Source: an uncultured Verrucomicrobiae bacterium
GTDB lineage: Bacteria; Verrucomicrobiota; Verrucomicrobiia; Limisphaerales; Palsa-1400
Reading direction: 5' to 3'
Length of the DNA stretch: 64,000 nucleotides
Assembly (NCBI GenBank): GCA_963702845.1
Contig: OY969763.1
Location: forward strand, 576,001-640,000
The notes below the pieces were generated by a model. It saw only the letters and a list, made by a program, of their open reading frames with translations. It ran no database searches and was not told the DNA's origin. The stretch's first letter is position 1, and each line of letters starts with the position of its first letter. Below, one piece after another: positions 56,870 to 64,000 of this stretch. The translations under genes and the position numbers were made by a program.

Positions 56870-59575
56870 ATGAAAATTAAAGTTCTGACCGGTCGTTTGG
56901 TGCTGAATATTCTAACTTTGATGATGAGCGTGCCGATAATAGTTGCGGCAAGCGGATGTCCAACGATCATGGTTAGCCCGGCCACTCTTCCCATTGTGAA
57001 CCTGGGTGAAGTCGTTCCTCCCTGGAGACCAACCGGATCGATGACCACCCCCCGGATTTACCATACCGCGACAATGCTGGCAGATGGCAAAGTGTTTGTC
57101 ACCGGTGGTTACGCACAGGTTCAGCCCATTCCTGTGGTTGATCGGTACCTTTCCAGCGCGGAAATCTATGATCCGGCGACCCACACATGGACGCCCACCG
57201 CTCCAATGTCGGTTAAACGTGCTCACCACACTGCGACGTTGCTGTTGAACGAAAAGGTGCTTGTCGCGGGAGGTTTCAACTTAGACGCAGATAACGAACA
57301 CGACCAATATCTACCCAGTGCAGAACTGTATGATCCAGCGACGGGGATTTGGACGCCTATTGACCCTTTACCTGAAGGCTGTTCCTACGCCGCGGCAACA
57401 TTGCTGCTCGATGGCAGAGTGATGGTGGCAGGTGGTGAGGTGTTCAATAATGGCTATTTCCCGATTTCCGACATCCAGATTTACGATCCATCTTCAGGCA
57501 AGTGGACACGTTGGAGCTCTTTGACCATTCCTCAACAGGACATTGGTGCCGTCCTGATGCCGAATGGAAAAGTGCTGTTTGCCGGCGGTCGATGGAGCCC
57601 CGCTTTTGCGAACTTATACGATCCTGTGGCCATGGGGCCCATGAAAGTCGCAAGTCCAGGGGCTTTGTTTAAAATTCTGACTTTGTTGCCAAACGGGAAA
57701 GTGCTCGGAACTGGTGGTGGCTCGGAAGTTTATGACCCTGCCGCTGACACGTGGACCGAAACGGGGCCGATCAACGGCGGGGGGGATGGTCAGGCAACTC
57801 TGCTGCCCAGTGGACGGGTTTTGGTTTCCGGTAGTGCGGCGTTCCAGCAAAGGAACATGGCTGAGCTGTACGATCCAGCAACTGATACATGGAAGCCAAC
57901 AGGATCATTAAGCACCGGTCGCAGTTTTCACAAGCAGGTGCTGCTCAAAGACGGAACGGTTCTGGCCTGCGGCGGCAACAGCATGGCTGCGACAGAAATC
58001 TACCAACCGGCAGACATCAGCGCGACGGGCGGAGTCGAACCTTATACTTTCGCAATCACTGCTGGATCTGCGCCAGTCGGTGTGACGCTTCACAGTGATG
58101 GCATATGGTCTGGAGTCCCTTTCTTAATGGGGACCAACACCTTCAAAGTTACTGCGACTGACGCCAATGGTTGCACCGGCAGCACGAGCTACACTGTCGT
58201 CGTGGGTCCAAGCAGAGCGTCGGCGAAACCGGGTGCGATCGGCATTTCGATTGTGGCGCCGGGTGATCAAAAAGTTTTTACCTCACCTGCCGTGACAGTT
58301 TCAGGTGTGGCGCACTCTGTGGATCATGGGGTAATCGGAGACCCTGTGCTGGTTTTATACTCACTCAATGGCGGCGAGCAACAAATCGCCACCACCGCAT
58401 TGGGACAGAACTTCAGGACGTGGAGCGCGCCAGTCACGTTGCAGCCCGGCTGGAACACCTTCTTTGCCCAGTCATTCGATAATTCCGGAAACGGATCGAA
58501 AATCGCGAGTCGAATGTACTTCTACGGCAATCCGAAGAACGCCGCCGGCACATACAACGGTTTGTTTTACGAAACAAATGGAATAGGCGGATCGTTGATC
58601 AAGGAACAAAGCGCTGGCGCGGTGTTCAATCTGGCCGTGCAGTTCAACGGCACATATTCCGGGCTCATGTACCTGGCCGGAAAAAAATATGGGTTACACG
58701 GGAATTTCGATTCGCTCGGTAACAGCAGTATTAACATTGCGCGCGGCCCGCTCGCGAATGTTTCGCTTAATATGCAGTTGGACTGGACCGGCACCAGTAA
58801 GCAAATCACCGGGAACGTGTTGTGCGCCGGCGAAGGATGGTCCGCGCCGTTCCAAGCTGACCTCGCGGTTTATAGCGCAACGCATCCACACGCAGCGGTT
58901 CGTTACACCATGGCGATTCCACCAGCCGCCGATGCACCAGCGAATTCGCCCGGTGGCTACGGCTACGGTTTAATCAGCATCAATTCGGTTGGCAAAGTAA
59001 CATTGTCCGGAGCACTGGCGGATTCCAGTGCGATCACAGAGACGGTGCCGGTTTCGAAGGACGGTCACTGGCCTTTGTACGTGGATTTGTACAACCATCA
59101 CGGATTACTGGAAGGTTGGGTTGATTTTGCGAATGGCGCGCCGACGGGGCAGGTCACGTGGATCAAACCAAGTCTTCCGACCGGCGTGAATCTTACAACT
59201 TATCTCAATGGTTTTGTAAACAACGTTGAGGTGTTCGGCTCATCCTACTCACCGGTGCTGCCTGCAATCACCGCCGCAGGCAACACTCTCGAAATCACCG
59301 ATGGGTCGGGATTGAATTTGCCTCTGACATTCGATGCGCAGGTCACAGCGAATAACCAATTGCAAAAGCTGTCGAACACGCCGGCAAACGCGCTTAAAGG
59401 GTCCGTGACCACTGCAACGGGTTTGTTCACTGTGAAGTTCCAGCCCACCGGCAGCGCTGCATTAAAAAGCGCCGTCGGGGTTGTATTGCAAAGTAGCAAC
59501 GCCGCGTATGGAGCGTTCGTCGGAATCAAGGACAGCACCGGCACGACAACCACCGGCGCGATTTACTTGCACTAA
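56870..59575 (+). CDS. Secreted 7-blade Kelch protein with Ig-like domains and an uncharacterised beta-rich C-terminus
   Basis: Seven W...L-x-x-G[KRT]V...GG-type repeats; GGVEPYTFAIT...VTATDANGC putative-Ig segment. Confidence 0.85.
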   Translation: MKIKVLTGRLVLNILTLMMSVPIIVAASGCPTIMVSPATLPIVNLGEVVPPWRPTGSMTTPRIYHTATMLADGKVFVTGGYAQVQPIPVVDRYLSSAEIYDPATHTWTPTAPMSVKRAHHTATLLLNEKVLVAGGFNLDADNEHDQYLPSAELYDPATGIWTPIDPLPEGCSYAAATLLLDGRVMVAGGEVFNNGYFPISDIQIYDPSSGKWTRWSSLTIPQQDIGAVLMPNGKVLFAGGRWSPAFANLYDPVAMGPMKVASPGALFKILTLLPNGKVLGTGGGSEVYDPAADTWTETGPINGGGDGQATLLPSGRVLVSGSAAFQQRNMAELYDPATDTWKPTGSLSTGRSFHKQVLLKDGTVLACGGNSMAATEIYQPADISATGGVEPYTFAITAGSAPVGVTLHSDGIWSGVPFLMGTNTFKVTATDANGCTGSTSYTVVVGPSRASAKPGAIGISIVAPGDQKVFTSPAVTVSGVAHSVDHGVIGDPVLVLYSLNGGEQQIATTALGQNFRTWSAPVTLQPGWNTFFAQSFDNSGNGSKIASRMYFYGNPKNAAGTYNGLFYETNGIGGSLIKEQSAGAVFNLAVQFNGTYSGLMYLAGKKYGLHGNFDSLGNSSINIARGPLANVSLNMQLDWTGTSKQITGNVLCAGEGWSAPFQADLAVYSATHPHAAVRYTMAIPPAADAPANSPGGYGYGLISINSVGKVTLSGALADSSAITETVPVSKDGHWPLYVDLYNHHGLLEGWVDFANGAPTGQVTWIKPSLPTGVNLTTYLNGFVNNVEVFGSSYSPVLPAITAAGNTLEITDGSGLNLPLTFDAQVTANNQLQKLSNTPANALKGSVTTATGLFTVKFQPTGSAALKSAVGVVLQSSNAAYGAFVGIKDSTGTTTTGAIYLH

Positions 59576-59594
59576 CGGCGGTCGCCTTCGGTTG

Positions 59595-61129
<1,535 letters not shown>

Positions 61130-61266
61130 TTACCTGATGATTTCCGATTTCGCACTGCGCTTCGGGACGTAGATCGTGACCTTTACCGTTTCCGTTCCCA
61201 TTGCCGTTCGATGATGGCCGTTGCCGTTTCCTTGCCATCGCGTGGGCGAGTCCGTTGCCATTTCCA

Positions 61267-62388
61267 TTACCGGCGCCAATGACATGTCCGTTGCTGGCAG
61301 TCGCTGATCTTCGAATATAGCGTCAGTGCCTGCGCGACGACCTGGTCCATATTGTAGTATTTGTAGGTTCCCAGTCGTCCGGCGAAGACCACCTTTGACG
61401 CCTCGTTCGTCGCGAGCGATTGATATTGGCGATACAGTTCGGCGTTTTCCGGGCGCGGCACGGGATAATAAGGATCGCCTTCATCCTGCGAATATTCGTA
61501 GACAACAGTGGTCTTCGGATGAACTTGGCCGGTCAGATACTTGAATTCCGTGCAACGCGTATAGGCATAATCATTTGGATAATTGATCACGGCGCCGTGC
61601 TGGAACACTTCTTTGTCGTGCGTTTCGAATTGGAACTGCAACGAACGATAGGGCAACGGACCAAACCGATATTCGAAGAACTCGTCGATCGGTCCGGTAA
61701 AGATCATTTGCCTATACGGAATCTGATCTTTGATGTCCTTGTAGTCCGCATTGAGCATGATCGTAATGTTCTCGTGCGAGAGCATGTTTTCGAACATGCG
61801 CGTGAAACCATTTAATGGCATTGCCTGGTATTGATCGGTGAAGTAACGCGTGTCGCGATTGGTCCGGGTCGGCACGCGCGCAGTCACTGACGCATCGAGT
61901 TCAGACGGATCAAGACCCCATTGTTTACGCGTGTAGTTCTTGAAGAACTTTTCGTAAAGCTCTTTGCCGACGCGGCTGATCACGACGTCTTCGGACGTTT
62001 TGATTTGCTCGCGCGGTTCCGCCACCGATTCCAAAAACCTTCCATCTCCAGCGAACTGAGCTTCAGGCCGTAGAGCATGTTGATCGTATCGACGTTAATC
62101 GGCATCGGCACCAACATGGCCGTCGACACTGGCAAGAACGTGATGTTGATACTGCCGCCACTTGGTGAAGCGCGACAAATAGTCGAACACCTGTCTCGAG
62201 TTCGTGTGAAAAATATGCGGCCCATATTTGTGGATCAGCACGCCTGCTTCATCGTAGCAATCGTAAGCATTCCCTCCGATGTGCATGCGCTTGTCCACAA
62301 GCAGCACGCGTTTACCCATTCCGCAAGCCAGGCGCTCTGCCAAGGTGCTGCCTGCGAAACCCGCTCCAACAATCAAATAATCAAACAT
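61267..62388 (-). CDS. glf: UDP-galactopyranose mutase, frameshifts near 62119 and 62035; true end may be 61125
   Basis: MFDYLIVGAGFAG, HIGGNAYD, HKYGPHIFHT, YTRKQWG, LPYRSL, PYYPVP, GRLGTYKYYNMDQV. Confidence 0.92.
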
Positions 62389-63560
62389 TGGAATATGCCA
62401 TGGTTGTTTGGTCCGGGAGATTCGCCGGGGATTTGCGTCCAAAGACGTCGCGAATGTGGTTCTCCAATTTTCCCACGATCACGTCCCACCCATTTCGCTC
62501 GGCCATCTCCAGTCCGCCCTCGACATTAAACTTGTGCGAGTCCTGGACTGCATCATGGCAAAGCTCAATAAACTCGTCATGCGCGTTCGCGACTTTGACG
62601 ACTTTGCTGAAATTCGTGACGACATCCGGAACAGCCGTCGACACAATCGGCCGCCCTGTCGCCATATATTCCAACGCTTTGGTTGGATTGATAAATTCGG
62701 TCGCTTCGTTGATCGCGAAGGGCATCAGGCATGCGTTGAATGCCTTTGTGTAGTTGGGCAATTGCGCGTATTCGCGACGGCCAAGCCAGTAAAGATTGCC
62801 GCGCATGGGTAAGCAGTTCGGATCGACTTTCACCACCGGCCCAATCATCACGATGCTCCAGTGCGGGTTGGCATCAGCCAGCTTCGCGATCAGTTCGTAA
62901 TCGAGACGTTCATCGATGACGCCGAAATAGCCGAGAACCGGACGATGCACGAAATCCAGGTCGTTCGGCACTTGCGTATCGATCGAGGCGCGCTTTGCCG
63001 AAATGAGCAACATCAACACCGCACCCGTAAAAATGTGCATTTGAATTCTGCTGCGATTTCGACTGCCAAATCTTGTGTCCCCCGGTGAACACGACGTCCG
63101 CAGCTTCCAACAATCTGCGTTCGCGAATCTTCAACTCGGGCGGAGCGAACTTGAACTGCGACAACTCATCCATGCAGTCGTAAACGATCGCTTTCGCATC
63201 CACTTTGTCGATAAAGCAAGGCGCGGCCATCGGGTCGTAGAACCAATGCACGGCATTACTGAAACAGCCGTTCAACTCACCCTGATTGACCTCGTTGAAG
63301 AAACGCAGACGTTGGCGATCAACCCATACGCCATCATGAAAGCGCGATGCGGGGAAAAACGTCTGCATGATCTGCACATTCGGATAGTTGATGTCGGTGC
63401 GAACTTCAGCGCGAGGGATAAACTCTCCCTCGACGACCGTCGGTCCTTCCACAAACAACACCCGATGATTCTTCGACAATCGCGAAAGGAATTGCTGTGG
63501 CCTTTGCCACACCCCGCTCCAACGCAAATGACAATGCACGACGATTGGAAAATCCGTCCG
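62381..63560 (-). CDS. GT-B glycosyltransferase of the glf-associated family, frameshift near 62981; start uncertain
   Basis: HLRWSGVWQRPQQ, VYDCMDEL, DVVFTGG, GVIDERLD, FINPTKALEYMATGRP. Confidence 0.85.
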
Positions 63561-63672
63561 TTCGAGAAGGCTTGAACTGCTTAATCCCTGTGTGCTTGTC
63601 GACGTCGCCGGTGTCTCGGTTTATACGTCGTTGCTGCCGGACGGCGGTCCGCGTCGTGTTTAATTTCTCCCA

Positions 63673-64000
63673 CTACTTCATTACCTCTAGCCATAAGATT
63701 TTTGATATTGTTGAGTCAGCGCGGTTGCGATGGCGGGTCAGTTCGCCGCTGCCCTCGCGTCGCAACCGGTAGATGCCGACATTGTGAATTCTTCCAATCT
63801 GGTGAAGCATCGCGCCGTCCCAGTCGATATGATCGACGAGCGGCCACCAGGTATATCCGATCATGGGAATGCCTTCCGAACGCAGCCGTTGCACATCGCA
63901 CACGGTTTGGTCCAGCCATTGCAGGCGCTCGCATTCATCGCCGTAAAAGCTCGTTTCAGTGAGCATGAGCGGAATGTGATAGCGTTCCCAATAATCTCGG
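63673..64000 (-). CDS. GH1-like glycoside hydrolase, C-terminal part (runs off window)
   Basis: ERYHIPLMLTETS, IGYTWWPLVDHIDWD. Confidence 0.75.
   Translation of the reverse strand, partial: RDYWERYHIPLMLTETSFYGDECERLQWLDQTVCDVQRLRSEGIPMIGYTWWPLVDHIDWDGAMLHQIGRIHNVGIYRLRREGSGELTRHRNRADSTISKILWLEVMK

Overview
Gene-dense, GC-rich bacterial chromosomal segment. Prepilin/DUF1559 genes, a PA14-multiheme cytochrome, an ECF sigma factor with a long C-terminal extension and Ig-rich secreted proteins suggest Verrucomicrobiota (Pedosphaera-like); this is inference. It holds two tRNAs (Pro-TGG, Val-GAC), housekeeping genes (pckG, hpt, xseB, dxs, htrA, lnt, aas, comF), a fluoride-riboswitch/crcB/DUF190/MOT1 unit and a type III PKS-methyltransferase-flavoprotein cluster. 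It also holds an interrupted urate-to-glyoxylate (ureide) cluster with a PuuD lacking its cytochrome c domain and a plant-type ureidoglycolate amidohydrolase, several general-stress genes, and a GH1/GT/glf/GH51 operon with several single-base indels (probably assembly error). No integrase, transposase, phage gene or CRISPR array was seen. Best candidates for novelty: the ureide cluster and its long leader, an orphan cNMP-binding 4x[4Fe-4S] protein, a promoter-driven cassette-like array with attC-like remnants, a REP-like element inside allB, a Kelch propeller inserted in an Ig domain, and an apparent GC-skew reversal. All calls come from reading motifs by eye; no database search was run.
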